Positions 1 to 14,950 are shown, counted from the whole stretch's first letter. The stretch: 63,717 nt of DNA, filler included, from Choristocarpus tenellus KU-1152 (GCA_964200185.2; 9 parts of 9 records of this genome joined end to end with filler, not necessarily neighbours in it), one strand, 5' to 3'. Notes: generated by a model from the sequence alone, not told the origin. A program made the numbers and translations.

Positions 1-62
1 CAATGGCATCCAGTACATGCGGCTGGTGGCCCCGCGCCAACCCCAACGTACCCATTCTCATT

Positions 63-605
63 TTAATTTTTTTGCCTCCTGGTGCAGCCGTGGGCCTCCG
101 CCATCATATCTACCTGCTCGGACAAGAGCGCCGACTTGTAGAGTTTTTTCCATGCCTGAATGATGCCCGCATCTGCCGGCTGATGTTTACTTGTACAATT
201 GGGTAGATATTCCATTACTTTCACATGCTTATTCGGGTCTTCCAGGTTGGCATGGCTGCTATGGTTGTCCATGAGAAGCAGAGCGGGCTTCGACGTCATT
301 TTGCGAACATAGCGTAGGAAGGTCCTGAACCAAAGACCGAAAGTTCGGGTGTCTGACCACGCACGCGCCTGGTTCAGCTAAAGGGTGTCTTTTGGCAGTA
401 GTCTTTTGCCTACGCCGAAGCATCTTGGATTTGCGGCTGTTCCTATAAGGCCAGTGGCATTTTCGTGGTACCACTGGCGTTGATACAAATGTAGGCCGTA
501 AGGCGTTCCTTCACCCTCATACCTTCACACCTCTCGTTGTCTTGCCGTGCTCCCCAGGCACGAGGTATGTTCACCGGGGGAGCATCCGGTAGAACAGTCC
601 AGTCC
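63..605 (-). mobile_element. pogo/Tigger (DDE_1) DNA transposase remnant
   Basis: Minus-strand translation across stops and frameshifts: TGLFYRMLP...KERLTAYICINASG...IGTAANPRCF...LLLMDNHSSH...LPNCTSKHQPADAGIIQAWKKLY. These are hallmark pogo-family DDE motifs. Confidence 0.85.
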
Positions 606-1899
606 TATGTGTTTGTATACCACCCTTTGACCTCGGCATGGATGTCCTCGTCAACGTCAAGAATGAAATGCCTCTCGTAGCTCCTTTGCTCCAACACCTT
701 GGTGTGGTCCTTAGTTAGGAAGTCTCTCTCCCATTTACTCACAGTTTCCGACCTGACCATCGCATATCCTGCTTCCATCTCGAGCGACGTTTGATGGTCT
801 TTCCCTTCATTCATACTCAAGTACAGGATTCACAGTGTTAGAGCCTTTACTATCACGTTTCCTCGCTGAGCGCCAGAAATGGGCGTCGTCTGTGTTTCCT
901 GCGCAGGTGATATTTTATCAAGGTGCAAGGGCGAGGGAGGACAGGTTTGAATTGATTGAAAATTGTGTTGGTTTCTCGATGAATACAGGCGAGGAGAAAG
1001 CCTTAATCAACTTTATACGTCCAACCCTAAGTCCAGGAACAAAAGTGAATGTACAGCATCTTGCAAGAAGTGAGAGACACCAAACACCATTGGTGTGCAA
1101 ATAGTCTCAATCTCACCTCTTCTTCCCTGGCGTCCTCATCGATGGCTACCTCCACCTGCTTCGTGACCTCTTCTAAGTAAAAGATTTGTTGGAATCGAAA
1201 AGTCTCCACAGCTGTCTTTGTGACAATCGTTTCCTCATCCGCCGTGTGAACTGTTTCGACCTTCTTTCGGGTTTGAGAGCCCTTGCAGTCCAACCCTAAC
1301 ACCTTCTTTCTCATTTCCTTAAGCCACTCCAGCTCGCATAGCTTCCAAACAGCCAATGCCTGCTACAACTGTCGACTACTAAGATATTCTACACCTGGGT
1401 TTTTGCTTAGACATTTCCTGAGCACAATGGCATGCAGTCGCACTGCTCTGTCCCAACCTTCCCTTTGGACGGCCACCCCGGTTCTCCCTTCGCCCACCGT
1501 GACCATGTTTCCCCACACACTTCCTCACTGTACCACACCTGGTGATGGACTCACTGTTCTCTTCCTGCTTTCCCGAGGCGGCAGAGACTGCACAGCAGTG
1601 CTCAGACGTGGTTAAAGATCCAACCAAATTTGTGTGGTAATGCTTTCCATGCATCTTCTCTCAGCGTCAGCGTTGCCGCCGCGTGATCCATTTCACGATT
1701 TGATGCTGCTGCGCCACAGTACTTGCACTTTCTTGTCAACCAACATCACACTGAGTGTCACACGGTACTTGCTTTTCCGTCGTCTCTCGACAGAGAAGGT
1801 GCCGAGGGTAGATCCAGGGGGCAAAATGGCCTCGGCGGCTCTCCTTGTCTCATTCTCGTGGTTCATGTTGCTGCGTATGTTACGCGTGTGTGTGCTCAC
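606..1899 (-). pseudogene. degenerate ORF chain, probably a DNA-transposon remnant
   Basis: Consecutive broken minus-strand ORFs (1693-1899, 1027-1356, 605-820 ending ...KWERDFL...RHFILDVDEDIHAEVKGW) fused directly to the pogo fragment. Family not identified. Confidence 0.3.
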
Positions 1900-4800
1900 A
1901 GAAAGTCTGCAAATGGCAAGTTAAAAAGATTTGCAAATCTTGTTTTTTTTTCTCGGTATCGCCACATGCGCCAAACTTGGACAGTGACCTACCCCGAATC
2001 ATTTTTTTGCAAGGAGTTCAGCCAACCACTTCATTTTTGTCCGTTTTGAAGTCGTGACCTTCAAAATCGCCCTGGAGATGTTCTCCCCAATTTTTTTATT
2101 ACTTGATCGGGACATAGCTCCTGTTCCCTGAAGCCTCGAAATTCATGGATACTAACCTTCAAAACCTCTTGTCATATGCTTTCATTTGATATATATATAT
2201 ATATTGATGTATAACTCTTCTGGCGATACGGTGAAAAAAACCAAGATTGTCACAGAGAGTGAAGCTATTGGTACCACTTTATTTGCAATGTAGGTAATAA
2301 AAGGATGTGTATTGGGGAATAAAAAACAACCTAGAAATGATTGAAGTCCACATGAAATGGATGGATTCCTCGTTTCTTTCACAAAACAGATACCGGCACA
2401 AAAACTGTGGCTAAAGTAGAATTTAGGGGGTGAATATTTATGTTGAAGGATGACTATTGTGGTTTTGAACCAGATGTTGATCATCAACCTTCACCACCTC
2501 AACTCTACTTTCATCACTGGTTTTGTATTGATCCCTGATTTTGTGACATCTTAGAGATGAAAGCAATTTCATGTTGAATAACCATTTCTATCGCGAAATC
2601 TTATTTTGTAGGAGACACTCATCTCATTTGAGAGTCCCCATAATTACATGTCTAAAACTGCAAGCAAAAAATCTTAATACCACTCCATTCCTCAACCATA
2701 AGCAATATACCTTTTTGAGATACCTGCACTGTGAAGAAATTACTAGTGTTAAATGCATGGGAAATCAGGTTGAAGTTGTGGTTGGACAACTTGATTGAGT
2801 GAAGGTATGTTGCAATGCTGAAGCTATTGTGGTCTTTATCCTTGCATGTGTTGGTGTAAGATGGTTGAACTTGATTATCTTCCACAGTTGTAGATTGTAC
2901 ACCTTGGTGGCATGAAGTGAGAATGTTTTGTTCCCTGCTGACTGGGGACTAGGTAGAAACAGTTTTTGCACAGTATATTGCACAACGGCAATCTGCACCA
3001 TATCTTCACTTGACCACTATGCTGCCCAGATTGTTGAAGGGTACATGCCTTTGTCTAAACCTGATGCCACATATGGAGCGGACAAGTATTTCTTGGGGAT
3101 ATCTGACACATTTTGTGATTTATATGCTAGGTGACTGATAACCTTTACCAGTCTGGTACTGTTTGTCCCTCTGTTGACACTCATTGTTCCCAGTACAATC
3201 AGCTTCCCCCAATGTGATGTGGCAAAGTGACTTTGTTAGCAATTGTATCAAGGAGAACACTTTTGCGACCAACTTCCTGCCCTCGAAGTAGAAGAGGTGG
3301 TTGTTCAAGACCTACGTGAGCGCAGAGGGCTGAGGACTTTTCTTCATCAGATCTTCCAATGTGTGAAAATGCTGGTGGTTTTGGATGTAGGAGACAAGCA
3401 ACTGAGGTTGGAGTGGACCTGTGCTCCAATTTGTGTTGCTGTGTTTGAGACATCTGTACCTCCAACAAACAAATGGTAAAGATGCTCTTTCTTTCTTTCC
3501 TGGGTATCCTTTGCAACAAATCTTGTGTCCTTGGTCCTAGCACCTCAAGTGTAAAATATTTTCATTCCATTAACAGAATTACACCTATCTCGAGAATAAC
3601 ATGCACTAAGACACAATTTGTGACAATGCTGTGGACCGATAATTCTTGATAAAATATTCCTGTCTCACTTGCAACGACTGTTTACATCCTATTTGACTTC
3701 TATATCCAGCATAGGGTACTGTAGAGTGTACTTATGTGAGTGGAGAATGGGGAGGGTGATGTGCCACGGGGAAAAGAGCAGAGAGGAAGCTTAACCAGAT
3801 ATTAGCCATCGCGCTCCAGCAGCCCCTGGAGGAAAGCAATAGTGGGGGTTGTGTATATGAGTAAATCTAATGGACTGTGCTGGGGGCAAAAGAGATGGAG
3901 AACATCTGCCGTTAAGCAACCATAGTGTGTGACCACCAATGGGGGAAGGACTCAGGGTGGCCTGTGTCTGTCCCCAGCAAAAATTAAAATGAAGCTTAAA
4001 ATTTACAATTAATATTTGAGTAACTCTAAATAATCACAATCGGAATTTCCAGAATATGTACAGGTTTGGTCCAATACTTGGAAGTAAGGCAATGTGACCC
4101 TTGTGCTGCACCTTGCAGGCAGGAGGCTCATTCTCCTCATAAAGATAGTACTTCTGGTCATTCTTGTAAACGAAAATAATATATTATCCACACACACCAA
4201 GTCCACATACTATAGGGACCCAGTGTGTTGCCCACCCTAGCCTTTGTAACTTGTACTCATATGTGAGATTAACTCAAGACATAATGAGTATGCCCTGAAA
4301 TCAAGGTTTTCATGTTGACATGCAGAGTGGACGTAGGGAAATCCAGTTGAGTTGCTAAGGTGACTAAGTTGACCTTCATTGTGTGCCTTGAGAAAAATTT
4401 GTGTTTGAAAATATTCATTGGAGTGAGTTACATGATTTAATGTTCCAATTATGACTATATTAATGAATGGAGGTAGTATATTGCATGTACAACTGTGGGG
4501 TCTGTGGGTAAGTTTGACCTTAAAAGTGACCAGCAGGCAATTCATACTTAGTAATGGAGGCATCACATGCCAGGCCCTGCCAGAAAGCATCAAAACAAAT
4601 CATGTTCTGAGTCAACCATCCCTCCAAGAACAAAAAATGGATGCAGTGCATGTGGAAAGGAAGGAGGGGGGTGTGATGATAATTTTAGATAACTGCTCCA
4701 AAATTTGCAAGAGGTACTGATATGTTGTTTGATCATGCTGTGAAGATGTCTACAGTATAAACTACCATACTATGTTGAAATAAAAAACTGAATTTTACAA

Positions 4801-6122
4801 TACAGGAGAATGTTCCCATCTGGATTACTTTGTTATGTAATCAAATTGTCGGAATCAGAATGGCCCTTCACAAGTTATCTCAGCATACCATCACCGCAAC
4901 TGTAGGAATCATGGATTTTTTGAGGACACCCTAAAGAAAGAATGGAACCATTAATAGGCAGTCCAATTTTGAGCCTTTTCAGTTTAAAGGCTTTGTTGAA
5001 ATTTAAGCAACATAATACGCACCATACCATAAACGAAACACAGCAGAACTCCTTTAGGAGGGTATGGCTGTAGAAGAGAAACTTACAACTGAGATTTCAT
5101 GGTTAGCCAAAACACCCTCCACATGGCACTTATAGGGATCCTCAAAACTGAACGGCACGCCCTCTTAGATGGTATTAAATAAAGCCGGCACAAGGTGTTC
5201 TCCTTGCATCCGAAAAGGTCCCTGTGAGCATTGCAGCACAGTCTTCCATGGTATTTTCCTTAAACACAGCTGAATGTGTAGGTTTCACCATCAGTACCAT
5301 TACTATGCAGAAAATCAGTAACATACAATGGTGGCGCTTCCCCAATACAGTACTACCATAGCAAGATATGCTTCCTCTAACGTCTCTTACCAGTAAGAGG
5401 TTGTTCTATGATGATGATCACTGCTTGTGCGAGAAACAGATGACAAAAGGGCTCACACAGTAACATGAACATCATAATCAATGAAGTATTGTGCCATTGG
5501 CTACTACAGAGTAGAAGAGTTTCCACGTGGGCCCCTTGCTTTGACTGAAAGTGTGAGGCCCCACTGCAACAAACACAAATCTTGGATTTGCAATTGAAAG
5601 ACGTAAACAGACTCATCACAGGGCTTTCAGCTTTTTTTTATGAAATATCGCACTGGTACAATTGGAATATATCTTCATAAGTGACCTACATGCTGTCCAG
5701 TGTATCCTATACATAATTTTGAGGATGGTCATCCTCAACGCACTTGAAAAAAATTGCCAATAGGTAGGTTGCTTAAAAAATGATTGCAATCTGGATTCAG
5801 TCACACTGGATTCTGTGTGACAATTTCCCGTAACAGAAGAGTGTGGAGGAAAACTTGATTGGTTCAAAATTATTAGAGCTTCGACATTACACCACTAGGA
5901 TATGACCAAAACTACTGGTTCACATGATTGTGCCCATACAGTAATAGTTGAGACTATATATCCACCTCCTAGCCTGTACCACAAGCATCTATCTGCCAAT
6001 GCTCCAGGCAAATAGAATACATTAGAATGGGACAGGAACACATATCCTGTTGTCTTGATGTCTTTCACTGTGCCTCCCCACCTGCCTCCTTTCTCGTGTT
6101 CCTTAGTAAATCCGGCCCAGCC

Positions 6123-7532
6123 CTACACATCCACAACATCAGGTGGGATAGACCGGAAGGATGGCTGGACTGGTGATCGTGGCATACTTGACCCTTTCAT
6201 CACAGCAGCTTCCACCTAAGATGAGGCAACAAAATAACCAGATATCAGCTGTGAACAAATGTAGATATCGTAGCATAATCAGCAAAAACACATCGCACAT
6301 GGCAACCAGTATTTACATTTCCTCACTCCTCCAAGTCCATATTGTCAGCACACCCATCTACAATCTCCTTAAGATCACACAAGCTAAGACATGCACCACA
6401 TGCCCTTCAAAACTCTAGAAACTCTTGCTTGTATTATGGGCAGGCAAACATATCAAACAATATCATTGTTCTCTGGATTCCCCCATGTTACGCTTATCCC
6501 ACCATTTCAAAATACATCGGTCAACCCACACATCAGTTTGCAGCAAGGCTCAAAATCCTGTCAGAACAGACATCATTATCTGAGCAAGACGACATCTCAT
6601 TCTCATCTAGCGACATCGCCGTCAGGATACTGTATGGTCTCAACGCCAGGCATTGTGCTACTCTCGCATGACACGTCCCGAGTTGTAAAACGATCCTATG
6701 AACTGTCCTACTTACCCCCTTTAGCACACTTTGGTTACCGTGGGTTGTGGCAGTTGAGGAAAGCACATAACCCATGAAGACGACAATCTAAAAAGTACAA
6801 CGAAAAACCTATATTAATGATTTCTTATTATTGTAGGATCGACTTGGGAAAGTTGGGCGGACCAATCTTGTATATCGAAGATGAAAAGTAAAAGGCTAAC
6901 GCATGATGTTCCTCAGCATCTGATAAAAGATAAAACACAATGCATACAGACATAATAGATCCTTACCTTTGCGGCGATTTCATCTTCAGAAAGGCCGACT
7001 AGCGATGTTCGTTGCTCCAAGCCAAAGTCTGAGTTCAAAACACAGAGGACACGACGTGTTAAACGGAACTGACAAGGGAGTCTTCTGGCTTACATACATT
7101 CGCATATCCTACAGGCAGTCTATCGATTTCACGCAAAAGATTCCCTACGTGGGCTAAGTCGAGATTGCAATGTCTTCCACATGCCACTATAAGTCCCTGT
7201 AAACATCACTGACCTGAAACCAGTACCCACTCACTCACCATAAGTTGCTAGCATGTATGGGTCGATTCCATTCCCTTCGCGTAGAAGCAGCGGGAAGGAT
7301 GGATTAAGAGTCTTCAGCTCTGCATAATTGTTGCGATAGAAGTTGCTGAGGGAATCACGTTAAAGGACAGGGGGGAGAGGTAGAGGTGAGAACAGTGCCA
7401 ACCTCGTCGTCGACAATGACAGGGTAAGAACCTTGCTACAACTCACCGAACCCCTTTTCCATTTTCACCAGCATTGCAACAACAGAACCGCAGTTCTCGC
7501 ACATTCCGTGAGATAGCGGCCCTCCAGCTCAT
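6123..7532 (-). CDS. NDUFA2: NADH:ubiquinone oxidoreductase subunit B8 (CI-B8/NDUFA2), 4 exons, 115 aa
   Basis: Exons 7532-7447, 7345-7239, 7028-6967, 6215-6123, all GT-AG with matching phases: MSWRAAISRNVRELRFCCCNAGENGKGVRNFYRNNYAELKTLNPSFPLLLREGNGIDPYMLATYDFGLEQRTSLVGLSEDEIAAKVEAAVMKGSSMPRSP... This matches the L51/S25/CI-B8 pattern (ELR...Y.ELK..NP..P.L.RE). Confidence 0.92.
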
Positions 7533-7749
7533 CGCCAGTTACTCTTCCTTGTTCAAGGGAACAATCACTATCTTTACCTGAACTCCCCACCAATCCTATT
7601 TTCTCAAATATTGTGTGATATAGTATCACAACTTTATTTTATAATTCAATAATTGACTATTTGTGTTGCTTGAGTAAAAACGATACCAACAAATATATCC
7701 AACTTCGTAACTTCGTTCATGAGCATCATTGACAGACATGTAAAAAACG
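7533..7749. promoter_or_regulatory. putative bidirectional promoter between NDUFA2 and ISPE
   Basis: Only 217 bp, AT-rich, between two divergent ATGs. Contains a CCAAT near 7590 and a tandem AACTTCGT near 7701-7716. Confidence 0.6.
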
Positions 7750-10700
7750 ATGAAGTGTCATAACGCAATCGCAAGCATTACATTAACAGTTTTGATTGTG
7801 GATGCATCGGCCAAATTAGCTGCGTGGGTATCCCCCTTTTCGACACTTTCGCCACGCGTTCAAAAGGAGTGGACAGGTGATGTGACTACTGGCTCTATTC
7901 AGCACAGGATAAAGATAGGAAGTGGACTGTCCGTGTTGCAAGCCCAAAGTGAGGATATCGAGGATAACAAAAATCAAGATGGAGATTGGGACGCAAGATT
8001 TTTCTCTCCTGCGAAGGTCAATCTATTTCTGCGCATCCTTGGGAAACGATGGGATGGCTACCATGACCTTGGGTCCCTGTTTCAGGTGTGATCACTTAGA
8101 GACCACATGGGGTGGCGTTCGTCTTTAGAGATCACAAGAGGATTGATCTATGTGTAACTAGTCTAGAGTACTACCACAGAGTTCCCCCCAAGGGGATGCT
8201 GTCGCTTTTGGGGGGTACTACATTAGCTGTTTATAGCATTATTTGGATATTTGATATAACGATTGTTGTTTTAGTCACACCAGCGGCATTCTGTAGATAC
8301 ATGTATCTTCCGACACTCTTATCATACTCAATTGTTGATCAATTCCAAGCGAAGATTACCACGAGAAGGTGTAACCCTGAATCCCCCTTCATAATGGGTA
8401 GAGTACCAATCGACTGGTGCAAATATGCAGGGCTATGGACTGTTTCCCCAGTCCTTCAACTATCTGAATTGAGTATGCATCCACTAAGTTTCCCTGTATA
8501 CATGACCCGGCTGAGGTGTAGATTAATAGTCCTGCCATCTGTCACATACCTTCCAGAGGTACATGGATGAAGGTTCTCTTTTTCTTACGAGTATGTGGTT
8601 CCCCACGACACAACCAGCGTCAGTTGGTACTTTCAGCACTCCACCCGTCGTCGCTCTAAGTTTGCATCGTCTCAAACCTCTCGTCGGTGACTATATACCG
8701 ACATATAAGGACAAATTTGGCAGAGCTTGGGAGGACGGCATGGGTGAAAAAACGACATGCAGGCATCACCAGGATATCAAATGCGTTTTGCAGTTGATTT
8801 GATTTTAGATTGATTCTGGTTGAATGCCGAACAATAGTCTGTGATAGATAAATTGTGTCCTGCAACATGAGTGGTGCATAGCACAAACAACTCACCCCCA
8901 CAGGTAGAGAGGGAGTCTGCCAAAGGCAAACATTTTTTGGGCATTCCTCATTTTACTACAATTATTCCACTACAAGTATACCTTAGTGCAGAGTGACGAA
9001 ATAGTCTTGTCTAGCGTCACTTCATCACTTTCTCAAAAAACGCTCATTGGCTGTATTTTTTATTGCCTTATGTTGCTGTATATTGTACTGCTGATAGATT
9101 GGATGTCATCTGTTATGATTGGATCAGATTCACAACTTTGGTAATATTGATGAATTCTCCTTTACTAAATGTCTAACTTTGTACCTACCTAATTTTTGAG
9201 GTTGGTAGAGAAGCAATTGATTGAGGCTAGGGAGGTGACTTGATTTTTGCTGCTCTTAGAAGTGATCATTTTCAGACGGTGCGCACTATAAGAGGAACAT
9301 TGGAGCACTATAGCGGCCTGTCCTGACGCACCATAATTGACGGCAAATGATCAGTTCTGTTCCTCATAGGTTGCACTAGTGATGTTAAGGCCATAGAATG
9401 CTCGATATTACCAATAACATCATGAGTATTAGTAATAGTTTGACTTTTCACATGGGGGGAACACAGATCCATTTATGTGTTCAGGATCAGATCTGCACCT
9501 TGCAAAACCAACAAATCCATACAGGAACAAGAGCCTCAGTCATGTCATTCTTCCTTATGACAAATGCATGGCAGACGGTAGGCTTTGGTGACCAGTTGTA
9601 CTTCCAAAGGCTTGGACCTGAGGCTCAGAGTGATGAGTTTGATTGCAATATGGATGGGGTTCCAACTGACAAATCAAACCTGGTGCTCAAGGCGCTGGAC
9701 CTGTTTCGGAACAAAACTCGGCAGCAAACCTTCTACAAGGTGAGCAAAATCATCAAGTTATGGGAATCTATGCAGCCTGGGGGTTGTCAAAAAGCCAGGC
9801 GAGTGGCAGGTGTAATGCTGCCAAGGGTGCCAAAGTGCAGTTATTTGTAGGTGTTCTGCTCAGTAGGAGAATGAATTGTGAACCAACGTAACTTAGTTGA
9901 GTGGATTCTATTGGTGTACAGGTGTTCCTCGACAAAAGGGTTCCTGCCCAGGCAGGCCTGGGAGGAGGGAGTGGCAATGCTGCCACTGCACTTTTTGCTG
10001 CCAATGAACTTGCAGGAAGCCCTGCCACATTAGAGGATTTGATCATCTGGTCTGCTGACCTTGGATCTGACATCACATTCTTTTTGTCAAGTGGTACATG
10101 CTATTGCACTGGTCGTGGGGAGATTCTCCATCCACAAAAACCTCTGGTGCCATCCAAGTGAGTATCTTCTTTTTCTCGAAAGAGTAGGATAGCACCTCCT
10201 GTGTCCCTGATGAAGTGGTTTCTTCTGAATAGTGTTATCTATATTGTATCCTGGCACTTACCTGAGAAGAGGTATGATGCATGTAAATTTTTTCATACGC
10301 ATCCATGCAATTGAAGGAGTTCCACTACCGAGCATCACAAGGTGTGTATGTTGTGAACTTTCAACATTTTTTTGGAAACAGCATGTTTAATTTAACACCA
10401 CATTTTAGTAGTGACCCTGTCGGCTAGATATGAAAGACTTAGGTAGGGTTCTTCTAGTGTAACAATGTGGTGGCATTTTGCAGGTTGTGGTTGGTGAAAC
10501 CTATGGAGGGCTTGAGTACCCCAGCTGTTTTCAAGAATCTGGATTATGACAAACTCTCAGACAGTGATCCATTGGAGCTGTTGCAGCTATTTATGGAGCA
10601 AGGTATTGATGGTGCTAAGTTTGTCAATGACCTGGAACCTGCTGCCTTCAAGGCAATGCCGCTTCTAAGCGAGATAAAGGAGGACTTACAGGTAATCAAG

Positions 10701-12940
10701 TAGGAAGACTCTTTCTGGTTGAGTTTTCATGCATGACTGACAAGCACTACATCATATCATTGGTATTTGTACTTGGGCATTTTCTCGAGTTGTAGATCAC
10801 AGCAAGCACCTTGATTAAAATTTTTGCCAATCAAAAACATTTCTGGCTACTCATGTTTAGCCAATTCTACAAGTGCCATTTTGTGTGCAAACTCAGAGTT
10901 CGCCTTCATCTCTGATGCATGCCATTGATCATTTGGATGTGTTGCCTATTTTGGATTATTGTGACTATAGTTCAGTTGACTTCAGTTTGATTGATTGGAA
11001 AATCAATGTGAAATGAAAAATGTTGGTTGATTGGTTCAGTTGGTTTTTCTTAGCACAATACAAGGAGAAGTGTGACTACTGAACACAGGCCACTGAGTAA
11101 TCCACTTTCCCCCATCTTGGAAATCGGCAATCGATGACCGGTATAGATTATCTGAATGCATACACCCAAACAGTACAAGTAGGTTCATATATACCATCGA
11201 CAGTTATTTTCTTAGTCACATTACACCATTGATTAAACCGAAACCCCAATTAAAACATCGACAAATTTTTGTTTGGAATTTTGGTAATGAGTTGGTTGTT
11301 AAACAGTCCCATGTCAAATGTGTATAGTAGGGTATATTGCATACCGTGGTGGTGACAATCATTGGTTTACAGCATTCCAAAAAGAGCACAACTATTTCCA
11401 ATTAAGCTTGAAAACATGTATTCGAGGAGCTGGCTGTTGCTACATTATGCTGAAATTGGTTCACATGATGGATTGATTTTTGATATTTTTCATGTCCTTG
11501 AATGCTCTACTACAATTTGTTTGGGCTTCTCAAGGGAGGCAATTGAACAGATATACGACTATTTCACACCTTGGAAAGTGTAAAATGCTAGTATTTTGCT
11601 AGAGCATTCAACAATGTTTTTGCCTATAATGTCTGTTCGCCATGGCAACGTCCACAGACCGTTTTGCTGTAATATATGTGACAATATTTTAGAGTCTGTT
11701 GCTCAGTGAAGTTTGTTGTCTAGCACAAGCCTTGCAAATATTGTCTGTTGCAAGAAGTAGTTTGGTTCTGTTTGATCAAAAAAAAAATCCTTATGCATGC
11801 CACTTGTTTATTTCTTCCACTAATTAGTTTGACCTTTTCATAGCAGAAAATGTGATAAATTAAAGAAATTTTGTAGAAGAATACACAATTGTAGAGTATG
11901 CCCTTGCATTCACTCATAATATTTGTTTTTTAAGCTAATGTTCCATCCACTGGGCCCATTTGCTGTGTTCCATCTACTCTCCTGGATAATGCTTGGGACC
12001 ATTGGCCTGTAACATCTGTTGTACAGGACAGCGCTGAAGACCATATGGTCTATAATGCCTGTCTTTTGTTAGGCAAACACTTGATCCAACTGAGACTGTA
12101 ATGTTTGTCCAGAGAGTGCCTTGTAGGTACTATAAAATCAAGTTGTGTTCTGCAAGCTCAATGTTTTCTGATGTGAGCACTATTGTGATCACTGAGGAAC
12201 CACATTTCTTTTCTAAGATCACCAAATATGTGAAAAGAAAGAGGAAAACCTGTTTGTCACTCCTTCAATCATTCCAACAAAGGGGAGAAATGTTGTGAAA
12301 AAACTTTTGTCGTAGATGGAGACAGAGGGAGCGATACTGCTTGTGCCAGTTTTTCCTGGGAAATGTGTTGATTTCGAATTCTACAACCTAGTTCAACATT
12401 TTAAATCTAAGAATTGGAGAGATCCATTGTAAATTATAAATGTAACCTTCCTCCCTGTTCCAAGTTTTACTGTGCCAGCAAAGTTGATGCAACAAATCTC
12501 CTATTGTGATTGTAGCAGTGTGTGCGATCTTATTGACATTCCTGTCACCATTCCCTCGCTTGCCTTGAGAGCACAAGGGTCAACATAAGAAAGGTGTGAC
12601 CATATTCACTGCGAAGCAATTCTTTAATTTAGATCCGCCACCCCTCTCCCCAGTCGCAGCTTCTCCACAGCTTTGTTTCTAGCGACTGCCACAACTATCT
12701 TAATGATATTTTAATGATACACAGTTTATGCTTCCACTGCTGCCATATCTCCTGCAGGGTCTAGGATTTCAGCATGTACTTATGTCTGGGAGTGGATCAA
12801 CAATATTCTGTTTAGGTGCCTCACCTCATACTGATCCATGCTGGATGGAGGACTTTGCTGAGAAGTGGGGGGCTATGGTGTGTGAAACCACATTTATAAA
12901 CCGATCCATTAAGTCAAACACATGGTATACAGCACCGTGA
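7750..12940 (+). CDS. ISPE: 4-diphosphocytidyl-2-C-methyl-D-erythritol kinase (IspE/CMK), plastid-targeted, 5 exons, 375 aa
   Basis: Exons 7750-8085, 9575-9739, 9922-10157, 10484-10691, 12758-12940 (GT-AG, phases consistent). Motifs [36 protein letters not shown] (GHMP kinase), [19 protein letters not shown]-terminal signal peptide followed by an AA|WVSP transit-like segment. Confidence 0.95.
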
Positions 12941-14950
12941 ATGTGGAAAAACTCTGCCTGCTACAGAAACTCTACACATTGTTTAGGCCTACTGTTGAGT
13001 TCTTCGGTTTAATTGATCCGTTGTTGACTGATGGCATTACAGAGGACTTCCCCTATTATAGTTTGCTAGAATAGACAACTGGTTTTTTGAGTGTGTGACT
13101 CATGTATTACTTCAGTTGGAAGTTTTTTGGTGATATGCATAACAAAGTTCCACTATCAGCTTTATATGTGTCTGGTTTCGACATGTGGGTGTTGTTCCTG
13201 AGAAGGGTGTTGGTAAAGGTAGAACCACCTGACACAAAGGTGAAAATGAGGCTGTGGGTGGTAAAATTATACAAAAATATTTTAGTTGCCTTCCTGCTGA
13301 GAAGCACGATTACATGTCACCAGATTTTCAAATGATCAAGATTGGCCACGTCAGTGGAAACTAAACTTGGCACATTTGGAAAGCAAAGGACATATCCCAT
13401 CACATAATGGCAGGTGCCGTTGGAAGCTCCTTCGACAGTATAAGAACTTTGGTAAGGGTGGATAATTACCTTCCTGGAGGATGTAAGAAACTTATATCTT
13501 GGGGTGTACTGATTTGTTTTGCACCAAATTTTACACAGAGCTTTAAGACATCTTCAAATGTATCCTTTCTTCCCAGGCCTTCATTGGTCAAAAATGTGGC
13601 ACACTAGCCTGTCTATTTCATGTTTATTTATTCTAGTGAACCATCGGGAGTACGTGAAGTTAAAAAAAAAAAAACAATAGTAACCCTTTTACAGAGTTGG
13701 TCAATGGGGTACATGTATAAATATTTTTGACAGAGCTAGCACAGGAAAAATGTAGTTTGACTGGGCTGGAACCAAGGATAAAATAAGTCCATGACCTGGG
13801 TTTCAGGCTGGTTCCCCTACGCCGACCCGGTTTAATACTGAGCTAGTGTAAGGTCCTGAATGATTTTTTTTATGTGTTTGCAGTTGAATATGATGTGCGG
13901 GTCATTGTCCTTTCTGTAAGTAAACTTAAGTACAGCTCTCCAACACAATGGCCTGCATAGGATAGGCAATAAAATTCTAACTTGAAGCCATGGTTGAGAA
14001 TTTCACACACAGCACAAAGAAAAATGCACATTTAGGCTGAAACTGAAACAGCACTGTGCCTGCTTTTATGGAGTGCAGTATTGTGTACGACCAGGAGGTG
14101 GTTGAGTCCCTGCTGTAAGATGCCGTTAGCAGCACCTGCAATATACCCTGTGATTCAGTGTTGTGCTTTCTGTTCCTTTGCCTGCACTTTGAGTCTAAAA
14201 TTCCCTTTAGCTTGGCAAGGGAATTGTGGGATCCTTTCATACAGAACATTTGAACCTCAGATTTCCTTTGTGCAAGGAAGACTTGGGGCAACATAACGCA
14301 TTGATTACCAAGGTGGTTCCTAGCAATGTTTGGACATTTGTTTTGGAATACCCTTGCTGGGAATGCTTGCATTAGCTATGTGTATGGACTTTTTACCTTT
14401 TGAGCTGTGCATGTTTTCTTTATTGCTCACTGCTAATATATTTATGTCTGGTGCTTTGATGTGATTGTGTTCCATGATTTTAGTCATGAGATTGTATGGT
14501 GCTGATCTAGTAGGGTACATGTCTGGAGCTAGCGTGTCTTGCAACCTTAGATGAACTTCAACAGTCAAGGTACTCCCCCCATTTACCTGTATTGGGGTTA
14601 CGGTCATGATCGATGTCTTACTAATCCAGATTCCTGGAATATCAATGCCAAGTGTACACATAGTTCTATTGCTGAGACATAGCGATTTGTGAAATTTGTG
14701 TGTACCTCCAAAAAGGTGCATCAATATATCAGTGGCTGCAGTGTCCTTCTCACCCTCACCTTTGCTGCACCCAGTTTCTGATAGTAGCTTTTTTCACTGT
14801 GGACCTTAGCCAGATATGGATGATTCCCCTCTCCTTGTTCATAAAGGTCACAATAAAGCTGAGAATAAGTAAGAAATGATGGGTATGTTGAACAGCATTT
14901 TGTAACATATAATTTGAAGTTTTTGATATCACACTGCCTAACACAGTTTC

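Noticed and set aside
2765-3240. Weak hAT dimerisation-like motif on the minus strand
   Set aside because: Too degenerate to support by eye.
6500-6560. YIGQ motif suggesting a GIY-YIG/Penelope element
   Set aside because: Isolated four-residue match inside an NDUFA2 intron, with no supporting RT.
6896-6919. Alternative last exon of NDUFA2 (MLRNIMR*)
   Set aside because: Needs a 47-nt intron, and the 6215-6123 exon fits the family C-terminus better.
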